Under the pieces are notes generated by a model. It saw only the letters and a list, made by a program, of their open reading frames with translations, made no database searches and was not told where the DNA came from. Source: Podarcis tiliguerta (lineage: Eukaryota). From it: 64,000 nucleotides of DNA. The DNA lies in NCBI GenBank assembly GCA_965153285.1, contig OZ229110.1; one strand, 5' to 3'. Shown here in pieces: positions 11,386 to 24,449 of this stretch; within the stretch, counting starts at the first letter, position 1, and each line of letters starts with the position of its first letter. The position numbers and the translations under genes are program-made.

Positions 11386-12295
11386 TATTAAAGGAAAAAA
11401 TATGGACTAGGATCTTAGAAAGCTACTATAGGTGCAGCCAAGGTTTTGAGCTTGGCTAGTTAGTTTGCTTTTTACACTTTTAATAGCCTCCCCATGCCAG
11501 CTGTATCACAAATTCAAAGTTTCCTAGGTTTGGAGCTACGGCACAGGGATCTGCAGCTTGAAAGACACAAGCCAAAAGTCCCTCGTGTGTGTGAAATTAG
11601 TTGCACAGTTCTTTGGAGTCTGGCCATAGTCTTACTATGAATGCAGGTGATATTTGTGGATATTTGAATATTAAAAATAGGGCAGGTGTGTTTCTACATA
11701 ATATGTATGTACCATGCTGTTTGGAAACCTGCCAAATTCAGAAGGGCTGTTCATTCTTCCAACTTTGCTCTCACATCTGCTTTGAGTTGTATTGCAAGGA
11801 ACAGATAAACATGGATCTCTTGTATGTGAAAAAATGTATGATAAATGTATGATAAAAAAACTTACTTGGATGGCAACCCTTATGCTTTCGGTAAACCCTT
11901 TTCAGTAGGAAAAATAAATCAATCCTAAAATAAGTGAACTATGGGCAAAGTTGCCTACTTGGAAGTGAGTCTCTAAACATGCATGAATCAGCAGTTCTGT
12001 GCATAGAAGTAACATTCAGTGTGCACATGACAACTGCCTGCTGCCTAAATGTTATTTACAGATTGCAGTTCATGGTCTTTATGTCGGTAGTTGGATTGCT
12101 GAATGTTATTGGCTGTAACTGCCAAGGAGACTGAATGTTCCATGGCAGCTGTAGTTAGTCAGTAAAATGACTACTTGTGTGGAAGCCAGAGGGGAAACTA
12201 GCGAATTGTGTAAAGATGGACCTGCCATGTGGGAGATATAACCTCAGCAGTTTTCTGTCTTGAAGGTGACTTAACTACGGCTTGGGAAATCTATC

Positions 12296-12830
12296 TTTTA
12301 TTTATTATTGAATTTGTATAATGTCCTTCCTCCCAAAGGCGGCAGACATCAAAACGTTAAAAAAATACAACGTTAAATAAATTTTATTATAAAAAAACAT
12401 ATTTTAAAACAATTAAGAATATTTCAAAGCCATCACATCCCCTCACAGTTACTAATTTCAGAATTGCCATGGCCAGTATCTTATCAGCCATCAAATACCT
12501 GGGTAAGCAGATATCTATAAATTTTCTCCTGAAAGTCAGTAATGAGGGAGAGAGACATCTCACCAGGCAGGGCACTCCACAAACGGGGAACTACCACCAA
12601 GAAGGACGCTTCTGTAGGTCATTGCCAACAGCGCGGCTGCTAGAGCAGCACCACCAATAGGGTGTCCCCTACCGATTGTGGGGCCCAAGATGGTTGACAT
12701 GGGGGGGATGCTTTCTTAGGTGCTTGAGTCCCAAAACTGTTAACACTTGGTACACTAGCTAACATTTTGAATTGGGCTCGATAGTTCACTGGCAGCCGGT
12801 GCAGAAATTTCAGGACTAGTGCTAGCCTGG
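12296..12830 (-). mobile_element. Degenerate L2-clade LINE 3' fragment
   Basis: Minus-strand LHRLPVNYRAQFKML resembles the L2 LHWLPV motif; (TTA)-rich tail near 12300. Confidence 0.7.
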
Positions 12831-12903
12831 CATCCAAACTGTAACCTGCTTATCTAGCTTTGAGAAGAAATTCAGAGTCCACTTGAAGCCGTGGCCCTAC
12901 AAG

Positions 12904-12974
12904 CAGTGCTTTTCTTCTAGAAAATAAAGTGCCAGAACTGCTTGCCCCTTGAGTACCCCTAGAAAAAAGCACTA
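12904..12974. mobile_element. Mini hAT-like MITE (cagtgctttt TIR family)
   Basis: cagtgcttttcttctag...ctagaaaaaagcact. 8-bp flanks cctacaag/cctacaaa. Related to 21091 and 55317. Confidence 0.7.
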
Positions 12975-15068
12975 CCTACAAAGAATCCTCTTAGTTGTTC
13001 TGTTCACACTATTCTGCTAATCTTACTGACAGTATTTGGCTCAATAATTCCTAGTCTGGTTCTTTTCAGAACTGCAGGTGGCAGTAAGACACAATTTTTA
13101 TAGGCCGTGACATCTTAACCAGTTAAAGTAGCTAAATCCCTTGCATTCTATCTTGCAAATTAATTGTGGAAATGAATCTGGATTCATTGGTCAATTACCA
13201 CAAAGTCTTTACTAGCATGAACCTGTATTTGGTTTTAATAATACTGGCTTTTACCTTTATTTGGAAATATATACATTGTCTGTTTGTTCTAACCTCTATA
13301 CAGTTTAGCGGAAGCAGTTTCTGTCCTGTTAAAACATACCTTTGCTCTTTTTGTATCACAAACCAAGAAATCCTGGAAACCAGCTTAGATGCAAAATTGG
13401 AATATGAATTGTATTTTTTTATACACCAAGTGTTGGGCTATAACCACATTTCCTCCAGTGATAAGGATCTATCCACAACCTATTATAGCTTTTTTTTAAA
13501 AAAAAAAAGATCAAATAACTATATACAGCATACTTTGAGAACATCTAATAAAAGGCAAAGTGACACTTGTTTGTGTAAATTAAACAATAGTGAAAAGGAA
13601 GCTCACACACCAGGTCAGATGTTTATGGCTGAAGTTCATACTTCATTGAAATCAGTGGCAAAACCCCTATTGATTTTAATGAGCCAGATCGGCTCCCATA
13701 ATTATTAACTAAAGCACTGCATGTCACAAATAAATTAATTCATAACTAGCAGCAATATATTATCTATGCAAGTCGCAGGGGAAGCAATTAAATTTTATGG
13801 GGGTACTGTGGCATCTAAAAGAAGATGTATGTATGATATATATGTAATTTTCAGTACATTTAAGCATCTTTCTGGCTGACAAATGGCTTGTCCTGTTGAA
13901 CCCTGTAATTATTTATTACTGTTACTAAGATTTTCTATAGTGCTTTGAATATGTTAATTATTCCAAAGTCACTGAAGCTGGTAATGGTATGAAAGAGTTG
14001 ATAATGGTATTTTATCGTATGAGAATGAGGGTGAAAACTTCTTTCAACCACAACTTTCAAATCTCTGTGAATTAGGAAAAATCTATTAATAATGCAGCTA
14101 GCGATATAAATTTCCTAATAGCTATTTTAAGCTGTCCAGTCTTCCTGCACAAGCTAGTTATGGCTTTTTGAATTAAGAAATTGAAGACTGTAAAATTTTA
14201 TGGCTTTATTATATCAGTCTTTAAAAATAGTCAATGTTCCATTATATGAACACTGTAATATAATTCCCCAGGCTTCTTTTTGTTCTTTACCTACCAAAAT
14301 GCATCTATGTAACTTGGAACAAGATTATTTTTTTCCCACTGACAGGTTTCACACATACAGTTGTATGCCGGCTTTGATTTCCAATGATGTCTTGTAGTGC
14401 AAAATAAGAAAATAGTACAGTTGCCTTAAGAATGAATGACAGAAAATCCTAACTAGTCTATTACTATTTGCAGTCAGTAGCACCTCAATTCTGTTGTTTG
14501 CTTCAAGTATCTGATATTACCACTCAACATTGAGGTTCCATTTAATCCCCTTGCTGATAGCATCTGTTAGATACATTAACCCACTTCACATGTCACAGGA
14601 AACCATAGTTAATAGTTTGCCATGAATGTGCCTTTGGGGGCTGGTGTGTGGAGGAAACAAACTTCAATTTAGCTTTAATGTTACTCCCAAACCAGGGATC
14701 ATGGCTTTTGTTTTACTCCCAACAAACCATGACATGTAGCCTACATATTTTAGGTTTACTGCGTACAACCATTTAGTGCCTGTATATAAAACTAAGCCTG
14801 GAATCATGGTTTGTTCTTCCATATGCTAGCACAGCAGTTGCAATCATGGCAAACAATTTATGGTGGTTTACTGTGATGTGCAAAAAAGCCGATCTTTAAG
14901 AGTCATCTAAGCTAGTAGTCATCATCACAGCCTGAGGCAGTGAATTCCTTCTAGGTATTCTTTTTAAATCACCAATTAAAGAGAAAAGGAGGATAAAACA
15001 AAAAGGTAAATAATGATACTTTTCTTATAATCTTGCCAGTATGGATGTAAAGTTAACTTCCTCTAAAT

Positions 15069-15204
15069 CAGGCATCCCCAAACTCAGCCCTCCAGATGTT
15101 TTGGGACTACAATACCCATCATCCCTGACCACTGGTCCTGTTAGCTAGGGATGGTGGGAGTTGTAGTCCCAAAACATCTGGAGGGCCGAATTTGGGGGTG
15201 CCTA
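15069..15204. mobile_element. Palindromic hAT-type MITE
   Basis: Hairpin arms; TSD ctctaaat/ttctaaat. Confidence 0.88.
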
Positions 15205-17231
15205 TTCTAAATCATGGTTAAAAATTCAGGAACCAGCCTCAGGAATGTGAGTTCACTCTCCCTCTCTCTGAATCAAGTTCTTTCCCTTCTGCTGTAACCA
15301 CATTTAAAGGAAATGTCAACATATAACATGGTTTTGGACCCGATTTAAATGGGAAGCTTTGTCAGCCACCATTAATGTAGATATTTCCTTAGCTATAGTG
15401 AAAATTCACCCTAAGGATGTGGGGAAAGGGACTGCATATCCCTCAAGATGGCTTTCTATTTTTTGGTGAGGAAACCAGCACATACCGCCCAAGTGCCCTG
15501 GAAAAAAATCGGGCATCCTGTTTCTTCGGGTGAGATCGCGGTGGCCATTTTGGATGCTGCGCTTTTGCTCCATGCTCTCGCCCCAGAAAAAGTGCTTCTT
15601 CCACATTGAGAGTGCAGCATAGGTCACATGACTCGTCCAAAAGCATACCAACGTTCAACTTATTCCGGATCCAATCCATATTTTTAGAAGCCTTAAATAT
15701 GCCAGTAACTTTCTAAATTGTCATTGTGTCTTGTAAAGTACAGTGGATATCTGAGCTGCATATTACCCAGTCTGAGAAATGGCTGAGAGGAAGAATAATG
15801 TTTAGTTGGTACTGTATTAGGCTAACTATAATAACTGTAGCTGTATGTGCAGCCATAATTGTAAAGTGGGGCGGAGGGGGCTGTATGGATTGACTTGATG
15901 AGAAATCTCTCATGATACATGAGAAATACAACAGTGCTGAGCACAAGGTTGATCAACTTTTAGTCTCTGAACAATTTGCAATAGATTTGTGGAAAATGTT
16001 TTTTTGTGTTAAAGGATTCAAAGTTCAATTTGTTACAGTAAACCAATTGTTGGTCTGAGCCATGTAAAAAGAACCCTATTCCTCAATTCTGCCTTCCTGA
16101 GCCACTATTTTGGACCAGGAACCAATTGAACCTTTGTGTTTCAGTAAATAAAAAGAGGAGATCTCACCAGTCTACAGTCTGCCCACCTCATGGATGCTTG
16201 TGGAAATGTCACCATTTGAAAGATCTGTTTGGTACACTGGATTAATAAAATCTGTTATAAATCAAATTATTCATATTTGAATATTTTAACTTCTTGGGAT
16301 ACTTGTTTAAATTCTTCATATCTGAAGACTTTTTAAATAACTGGAGTAAGATTTTTAAAAATCAAAAAGTGATTCTGCTTCTCTAACCATGAAAATGACA
16401 TTAGTACATTGGCTGGAAGCATATACATCCCTGGAGAATTTGTTATTTTCTGATGGAACTTCACCTGTACCTTGTACTGAGCATTTCGTGCACCAAACTT
16501 GTGGGAAGATTATGTTCTGTATATATTGCATCATAATCCCTGGACAGAATAATAGCAGTGTCTAGAAAAGGTGTTGGCAGGGCAGGGAGATTTGCGTGCG
16601 CAAGAAATCAAAATGAAAAATGTGTTTGCTTCCTATTTCATAAATTCTAATCTTGGATTAAACACTTTCCACACAGTCTTCTCACCTAGGGTTTTTAATT
16701 TTAGTTTTAGTCTTGTGATATAAAAAGCAGGTCAGCTGCCAGCTACATTTTTAAGGTGTTGCAGTACTGACTCACAGCCTTGTCACGTTTTTAGCTTTTG
16801 TGTTGCCAACCCCTCACTCCCAACCCAAGTTACACGTTTGATTTCAAAGGTGATGAAGTTGTCGTGGATTAAATTCCCATCCCACTATGGGATGTGGTTT
16901 GTCCGAAATATATATCTCGAGGGCAAAAAGAAAATTGAAAGGTAGCCTTAGCGGAAGAAAGATGATAAAAGCTCTTTCCCCCCCACTCCCCATACCACAA
17001 CTTGTCATATTAGTGAACCACTGTTTCCATAATTGTTGAGGATTACTTGGAGCAGGAAGTGGCTCTGGTTTGAAGAAAAGAACTTTACAAATATTTCAAA
17101 CAGTTGTTGGGGTTCACAGCAATCCTCATTAGCACTAGAGATTTAGTTTTTAATTCGGGGGTGTGGGTTGTTTTGCATTTCTGCTTTTACTGTATTCTAA
17201 AGTGTGTCTGCATTTGTCGTTTAAACAACAG

Positions 17232-17403
17232 GGATGCCCTCAAGCTTTTAGAGCAGAAGCAGAAAGGGAAACCTGTAGCAGCAAAGCCAGTGGTTTCTTC
17301 ACTCCCTGCACAACAACCTGGAGTGCCTTCAGCAACAACACCTCTTCCTGCTTCTCGTCCTCTGGCTCCACCTGTTTCTGTGCCAGGTCGACCTGCTTCC
17401 GTG
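17232..17403 (+). CDS. PDHX: PDHX exon 6, end of E3-binding domain plus Pro-rich linker (DALKLLEQKQKGK...PGRPASV)
   Basis: Acceptor aacaacag|G, donor GTG|gtaata, 172 nt. Lies within ORF 17104..17565. Confidence 0.92.
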
Positions 17404-17603
17404 GTAATAACTATGGCAGAATTGCCTTCCCCCCTTGAATTTTCAGACAGGTCAAAACGAAACACGGTAATGTGGGTTAAAAGAAGAGGAAGCTTTGTAG
17501 TAACCAAGGGGGATCTTCATATTCAGATCACAGTATCTCTTTCAAATAGCTGGTCGGGGGAATAGATAGATACAGGGCTATCTCTGTCATAGTCACATAC
17601 AGA

Positions 17604-17750
17604 CAGTGGCGTAGCGTGGGGGTGCAGGGGGGGGCCGGCCGCACCGGGTGCAACATCTGGGGCTTAGGGTTAGGGGGCGCAAATCCACGGGTTAGGGGGC
17701 GCAAATTACTTGCCTTGCCCCGGGTGCTGACAACCCACGCTACGCCACTG
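17604..17750. mobile_element. Young 147-bp hAT-type MITE, GC/CpG-rich, carrying TTAGGG repeats
   Basis: Perfect 17-bp TIR cagtggcgtagcgtggg. Perfect 8-bp TSD catacaga at 17596-17603 and 17751-17758. Confidence 0.92.
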
Positions 17751-18595
17751 CATACAGATGGGACTCGAGAGATGCCAAGGAAGAAGAAGGGAGCGAATTC
17801 TAGAATCTGTCACATCCCAGCTGAAAGAAGACAGAACATTTTGCATATGTCCACCACAGGGACATGGATAAGCATGTGCAAGTGTCCCCAAATGAACAGG
17901 GGTCCCATAGCACTGTCGAAATTACATTAGTTAAGCTTATAAGGTGGGCAGGATCCCCACCCCACCCCCCATTTTAAAGGATCTTTAAAGGATGCATTTC
18001 TTAGGATCTACTTAGATTGAGTTTTCTGCATTGCGTTGGGTTGGACTAAGTGACCCTCGGGGTCCCTTCCAACTCTTCAGTTCTGTGGTCCTGCTGCATT
18101 TTTTTCCTTCCTTCCCCTCCTTTTCTTGGGTTGGTGGGAATTTAAAAAGAGCCTCCCGGCTCTCCCATCGCTTCCCTATCATGGAAACTCCAGAAAATAT
18201 ACAGGGCTATCTGAGAAGACACAGGTGCTCTTTTTTAATTGGACACACAAAAAAGACTTGTGGGAGATATACAAACTTGTTGAGGCTTTTTCTTCATTTT
18301 TGTAGGGAACAAATGAACTGGCCAGGAGCACACCTTCAAGTTAAATGCATCTATCACTTGTGTCAACAGTATAAAAATAAAAAAGTGTGTAATGAGTTCA
18401 AAAAGATGAGAGGTCATTTGAAAACTTTCCTTGTGGCAGAGATGGTTCTGGGTGGATCGCATCATTCCAGCTTTCACCATCAATGTTGTTTTGAAATTCA
18501 AACTTTGTGATTTATTGCTATTAGCATATTTCATTGAACTTGTCTTCCTTTAATGTAGTATGTGCAATGTGTTTTTTTTATTATTTGTATTACAG

Positions 18596-18743
18596 GGCAC
18601 ATTCACTGAAGTCCCTGCTAGCAATATTAGAAGAGTTATTGCTCAGAGGCTAACAGAATCTAAAACCACCATACCTCATGCATATGCAACTGCTGATTGT
18701 GACCTTGGTGCTGTTATGAAACTAAGGCAAGAGCTGGCAAAAG
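18596..18743 (+). CDS. PDHX: PDHX exon 7 ([49 protein letters not shown])
   Basis: Acceptor ttacag|GGC, donor AAG|gtgaac, 148 nt. Start of the acyltransferase-like core. Confidence 0.96.
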
Positions 18744-19183
18744 GTGAACTATTACTATTTATAAATTTTTGTTTCATATAATATGCTCCGTTTGCTGATC
18801 TATCCTGATCTACTATTTGGTCAGCAATTCTGCATACTTTGTCATGGATGGTTAGGATTTATATATTCAGCGATCCAGCTAAGCATTGCTGGTAATAAAT
18901 TAAACTATCCTGCACGTGAAGGAATGAAACTGTTCACTCCTTCGTGTTTTGTTTGCCTCTTACAAAATTGTTACTTTTTGCTGAGGTTCTCCTGCACAGG
19001 AAATTTAATTAGGGTTGTTACTGTGATGTGTTATGTGTTGTTGCTTTCCATTTTACCGTTCTTCGGGATTATACAGTAATTAAAAGTGGGTAAGAAGTGT
19101 TTTAAGTAAACAAACAAGCCTAGCAATGAAGGGGAAACACACTCTTTCTAATTAGCTTTGGAGTCAAGCGAGAAAATAAGGTA

Positions 19184-19425
19184 CAGTGGTACCTTGGGTT
19201 ACATACGCTTCAGGTTACATACGCTTCAGGTTACACACTCCACTAACCCAGAAATAGTGCTTCAGGTTAAGAACCTTGCTTCAGGATAAGAACAGAAATC
19301 GGGCTCTGGCGGCGCGGCAGCAGGAGGAGGCCCCATTAGCTAAAGTGGTGCTTCAGGTTAAGAACAGTTTCAGGTTAAGAACGGACCTCCAGAACGAATT
19401 AAGTACTTAACCCGAGGTACCACTG
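19184..19425 (+). mobile_element. Tc1/mariner MITE, family A
   Basis: TIRs and TA TSD; has an extra copy of the internal ggttacatacgcttca unit. Confidence 0.92.
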
Positions 19426-20759
19426 TAGTTGACTTGATGCGTCAGAGCCATGACAATTGAAGAGAGGGAGAAGAAAGGGCTGTGGAAAAAGCACAGTTGG
19501 GCACTTCATCAGAGAGGCCAGAAAGGGACCTAGAAGCTGAACTGAGAGGCGCAAATGTTGACTTATTGACTTGGTTCGGGAAATGGTCTAACTAGGTACA
19601 TATTTCTCTATTGATTTGTTCTTATGAGTAATTACTCACTCTGTAAACCAAGGGTTTCCCCCCTAAAATAAACAAAAACTGTTAACTTGTTGTCTCACTA
19701 AAACCTTAATTGAAAGCATGACATGTTTTGGGGAAAAAATGTTCTTGGGCCTTGTTTATTCACCCCACACCTAAATGCCACACCACTCTCCTCAGTCCAG
19801 GGAGTAGGTTAGGCGGGTTAAAAGTCCAAGAGATTAAAGGGCTGTTGAGAGGAGGCAGCCAGAAGAAAAAAGATATATCCACTTGGGGGCAGTGATGAAG
19901 CTAACAAAAAAGAATGGTTGTTTTGGCAGGTTTGCTTGCCTCCTCTCCTTCTCACGGTCCAGGCTTTAGCCCGTGCCATCACACTGCAAATCACCAAATT
20001 GATTTAAGCAATTTTGCTTTCCCCATATTTCCATTTAAGCTGCCTTGATTTCTTAATTCTGTTTCGGCTGTAACGATTTTCCGTTGAAATTGAGAGTGCT
20101 GCCTCTCTATTACTTAATGCTTTAAACACAGAGAATGAAATTGCTTCCCTGATTGGGGGTATAATTTAAAATGCCCTGTTTAAAAAGGTATTGGCGCTTC
20201 AAAATTGTTGGTTCACTTTTTATACATAAATTAAAACATTTACAAAATGAGTACATGCTGTGGAACAGGGATGGGGAAATTGCTGCTCTGTGGGCTGGAT
20301 GGGGTTCACAGCGCTCTGGCCCACAGGCTCACTCACCCATAAACCCATGCACCTCTCCAATGCAAGGCTTTTTTGAAGCCTAATTGCTGTGCTGAAGGGG
20401 AAAGGCTAGAATGAGAGACTGAGAGCATGAGCTATCAGTGTTTGGAGCAGCCCATCCACTCTCAGCTCTAGCCATGCCCACTTTGACCATGCCCACTTTT
20501 CATTTCGCCCTGCCCACCACTGGCCATGAGAGAATTTGTTTCTTATAAAAGGTGAAAAGCCAGGATTATCTGGGAGACAGCAGTAGGTGGTTGTTGTTGT
20601 TTTTTGAGGGGGGTGTATTTAAAAATTTTCTCTAAGGATACAGATAGGCTAAAACACCTCTTGTTAGACAAATATGCACACGTGAACAACTGTCTGAAGC
20701 TGAATGGGTCTCATTCGATAAAGTGTAACAGACGATGGGTACAACTGCTGAAGATGGCA

Positions 20760-20760
<1 letters not shown>

Positions 20761-20804
<44 letters not shown>
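20761..20804. repeat. Compound microsatellite (GT)9(GA)13
   Basis: Read directly from the sequence. Confidence 0.95.
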
Positions 20805-20805
<1 letters not shown>

Positions 20806-21090
20806 GTCAAGACAGAAAAATATTGTTGAAATAAGCAATCTTTGTGCCCACTTAATAGGAGTCCAGATTGGGAAGAATATGTAAAATAGGTAAAATCTGA
20901 GGGAGATAAAGGATTAGTTTCTTGAGGAAGATCTGCGAATATTTCACAAGGTTAGTTCCCATGAAGATGCTGTGTCTTAGGAGGCATGACTTGATCAATT
21001 TCACCAGTCCTCATCATCAAGTGGAGGAGCCAGGCTCTGGTGAGTGAGATGCACCTGAGATTTCCTCCAGATCTGGAGCTACAGTGCAGA

Positions 21091-21211
21091 TGGTGCTATT
21101 TTTCTAGAAAAAGAGGAGCTGGAACTCACCATGAATGCCTCCCCTTGTTCTTTCATAATGGCGCCCACCTGAGAGGTGCCAGAATTGAGTTCCAACTGGA
21201 AAAAAGCCCTG
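21091..21211. mobile_element. hAT-like MITE (cagtgctttt/aaagccctg family)
   Basis: Aligns with 55317-55448. Confidence 0.7.
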
Positions 21212-22585
21212 GAGAAACCCACTCTTGCTCCATACACAAAGCTTGGCAGGAGCCTGCACAAGCATAGCAAGGTTCTGCCTCTCAGTTCAGAACAGAAGGC
21301 AAGACATGGGGGTTCCCTCAGCTTGGAGCAGCTGGCAGGTTTAGAAACAGAGCCAGCCTCTTCCTGTCCCTTCAGCTGAACAGTTGTGAGTTGCGGTTTG
21401 TTCCTCCCCCCACTCCTTCCCAGCTGCAAAAATTGGAGTGAATTTTTTTGGCGGGGGGCGTTCTTTTTAACAATTTTGTGTATTTTTAATACTATTTTAC
21501 ACGAAGGAGACTTCATTATGTTCAGCGATTAATATGTTAAATGATGATATTGATGTAAATAACACAGCAAGACATTTTCCCTTGACCTCTGCATTTCAGA
21601 GACCTAGCATGAAACTTGAGAGGAAAGAGGCTGTCCCCTATTCCTTCATCCCTCTGCCAGCAGAGTCCCTCTGTGGATGGTTTTCATTGAGATGACTCTT
21701 GGGACTGACTGATGACTTCCCTAAAGCTTCTCTTAGATCTCCCCAGGCTCAACTGGTTGTGCTCAGACACCCAGCAAGTACCTCTGAGCCTGGGAGGGAG
21801 AACATCCTAAAAAGTGAGTTTCTCTGCCTGCCTTCTCCAAGGAGAAGTCTAGCACAGAAATTTTGTGTAGGTGGAGAGAGAGGCAACTGCCCTCCGTTGG
21901 TCCTTCCCTGGGGGGTCATGCCCCTTTCAGGCAGGGAACAGATTAGTTGGGGAGGGAAAGCAGACAAGAGGAACCCTGGTGGCTGAGGAGGAGGGTTGAG
22001 ACCAGGAAAATCCAAAAAAGATTTTATTCTCCAGAGTCTACAGATATTGCATTAGGCTGCAGAATGGCAGCAGATTTTTGCTAGGCATTCAGTCTCCCTT
22101 AAAAAGGGAAACTGATAATTTAGATCAGTGCTGCTGACACGATTGTACAAAAGACTTTAAACCAGAAATGCTAAATAGTACACATGATAGCACATGATAG
22201 CAAAGGCTATATTTGTGTCTAATAATTAGCTCGGTTTCATAAATGTAGACAGCTTGGGTGGTGGGAGAGAAGACAGCCTAGTAGAAAGTGTAGCAAAAGG
22301 AAACTTCCAAAGTGAGCCTAGCACAAAGGAGATAAAAGGTATTCAGAAGCAGTCTGATGTCTTTCATATAATGAATGTCTCTTCAGCAGTGACTATACTT
22401 GGGGGAGGGGGGCAGGATTCCTTGACTGTCCTAATTCAAAATTACGTGTTCAAGATATGCAGTCCCTCTGATGACGGTCCATTTGTGCTCCAAAACCTGG
22501 TGCATTTTAATGGAACAAAATTTGCCGTTGCAGCACTTTACAGTTTTCTGAACCTTAGCTGTAGTTTGGTAATCGGCTTCTCTTT

Positions 22586-22588
<3 letters not shown>

Positions 22589-22622
<34 letters not shown>
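22589..22622. repeat. (GT)17 microsatellite
   Basis: Read directly from the sequence. Confidence 0.95.
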
Positions 22623-22623
<1 letters not shown>

Positions 22624-24223
22624 GCAATCTAGCATTTAGCACTGATCATTCTTAAATTGGTTTTGATGACCAACAGGGTCACCTGGATGTCATGCCACAG
22701 GCAAAGGATTTTGATTTAATGGAAGCTTTGCTTCTGCAAAGAGTTAAACTGCTTTGATACGGCCATATTCCCAACTGCAACAAGAATCCACAAGTTCCAC
22801 TGTAAGCTTCCTCACATGAATGGCTTTGCCTTTTGGCTGAAGCATTTCAAGGTTACCTTTTTAATTAGCAGCCTTGGACGATGTGAAGGCCAAAAGTCTT
22901 CCATTAGAATTCTAAACAGGTACGGTTTATTCATATGGTGATTCTGGTTTTCCAATATAAAACTAACTCTATTGAAGTTTGTGTTTTGTTTTTGAGCTCC
23001 CTTAATTAGACGCTTGACAGCATTACAATTGGGGGAAGGGAAAAAGAGATTTCCAGCTTTCAGGTCTCTAGCAAGAGATTTCTGTGGCTTAAATAAGAAC
23101 ATTGCATGGTATTTATATTATTTTTTCTTACTGCTAGGGTACTTTGTTAGGACAAATAGGAAAAATGATTATGTAGCTTGAGACAGGCATGGGGTCAGTG
23201 GAAAAATAAGGTCAATATGAATTGGTGGTAACATTCTTCTATGGTTCTGCAAATTCTCTCCTCCCATCCCCTAATATATCGGGGGTTAAGTTCATAGTAA
23301 TTTTGTCTGGTTTGAACCTTCCTCAGCTATATTTTTGTAGAACAACTGTGTGTCCCTTTTCTGTTGTTTGTTTAAAGACTATCTTCCTATTTACTTTCTA
23401 CACTGCTCTCAGAAAAATATATTTTTTGCTCCACATTATTGATTTAAACAAACTGCTCCTCTCAAAACAAAGAAGGCCAGATACATTTTGAAACATGTTT
23501 TAACAATCTAACCCTGTGCATGTCAGCTTTTTTTGAGTTCAGTAGGACTTAACTCCAAGCAAGGTTAGTGTGTATATAGGATTGCAACCTAAGACATAAT
23601 AAAGTTCACTGTAACCTAATGAAGCATTTTCTACCACAGTTCTGTTGGCTGCTGGTATTATATATAACAGTGTTGTGGTCCTAACTGCAGTCTGCGTTCT
23701 TTTATATATATGCATATATCTTTGGAATTTTGAATATTAATCCTGAGTTTGTGCAGATCTAATAGAATTCAGATACCCATTTTTATTAAAATTTCTAAGC
23801 AGACCTAAATAGAACCTGAACCAATAAAGGAACTGCCCTGTGGTATCCAAACCAGAAAGGACAAGGGCATGTTATCGGGGACAATTTGTTTGTTTTTACC
23901 TTTATCAAATACGTTAGAATTTTCAGCTATGCAACAGAGTTCCTACCTGTTTTACTTCTATTGTTAAAGCAATTTCATGATTTGCCAGTGCCTTCATCTC
24001 AGTAATCTGAACAGGACAAGTCCCCAAGGGACATCACACAATGACATGTTTTGCTTTTGCAGTTGAACAGATATGCAAGATAATTCTTTTGATGATTCCA
24101 TTTCATGCATCATAGAATATCAGACTGAACAATGAGATTTCTATTTTCTGTGTTTTTCTCATTTGGTTGTATTTTTAGACACATACAGTAGAACTTTGCA
24201 TCACAGTAAACCAGTGTGTAATA

Positions 24224-24449
24224 CAGTGGTACCTCGAGTTACATATGCTTCAGGTTACAGACTCCGCTAACCCAGAAATATTACCTCGGGTTAAGAACTT
24301 TGCTTCAGGATGAGAACAGAAATCGTGTTCCAGTGTTGCGGCAGCAGCAGGAGGCCCCATTAGCTAAAGTGGTGCTTCAGGTTAAGAACAGCTTCAGGTT
24401 AAGAACGGACCTCCGGAACGAATTAAGTACTTAACCCAAGGTACCACGG
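24224..24449 (+). mobile_element. Tc1/mariner MITE, family A
   Basis: TIRs and TA TSD. Confidence 0.92.

Noticed and set aside
13166-13708. 180-aa ORF, the longest non-TE ORF
   Set aside because: Runs through T8/A11 homopolymers, AT-rich and CpG-poor, no domain or convincing splice context. Chance ORF.
17104-17565. ORF extending on both sides of exon 6
   Set aside because: Only 17232-17403 matches PDHX and has splice sites; the flanks are intronic read-through.
2461-24449. Recurrent near-identical ~230-bp units as a CRISPR-like or regular array
   Set aside because: Irregularly dispersed, each with TIRs and TA duplications; they are MITEs.
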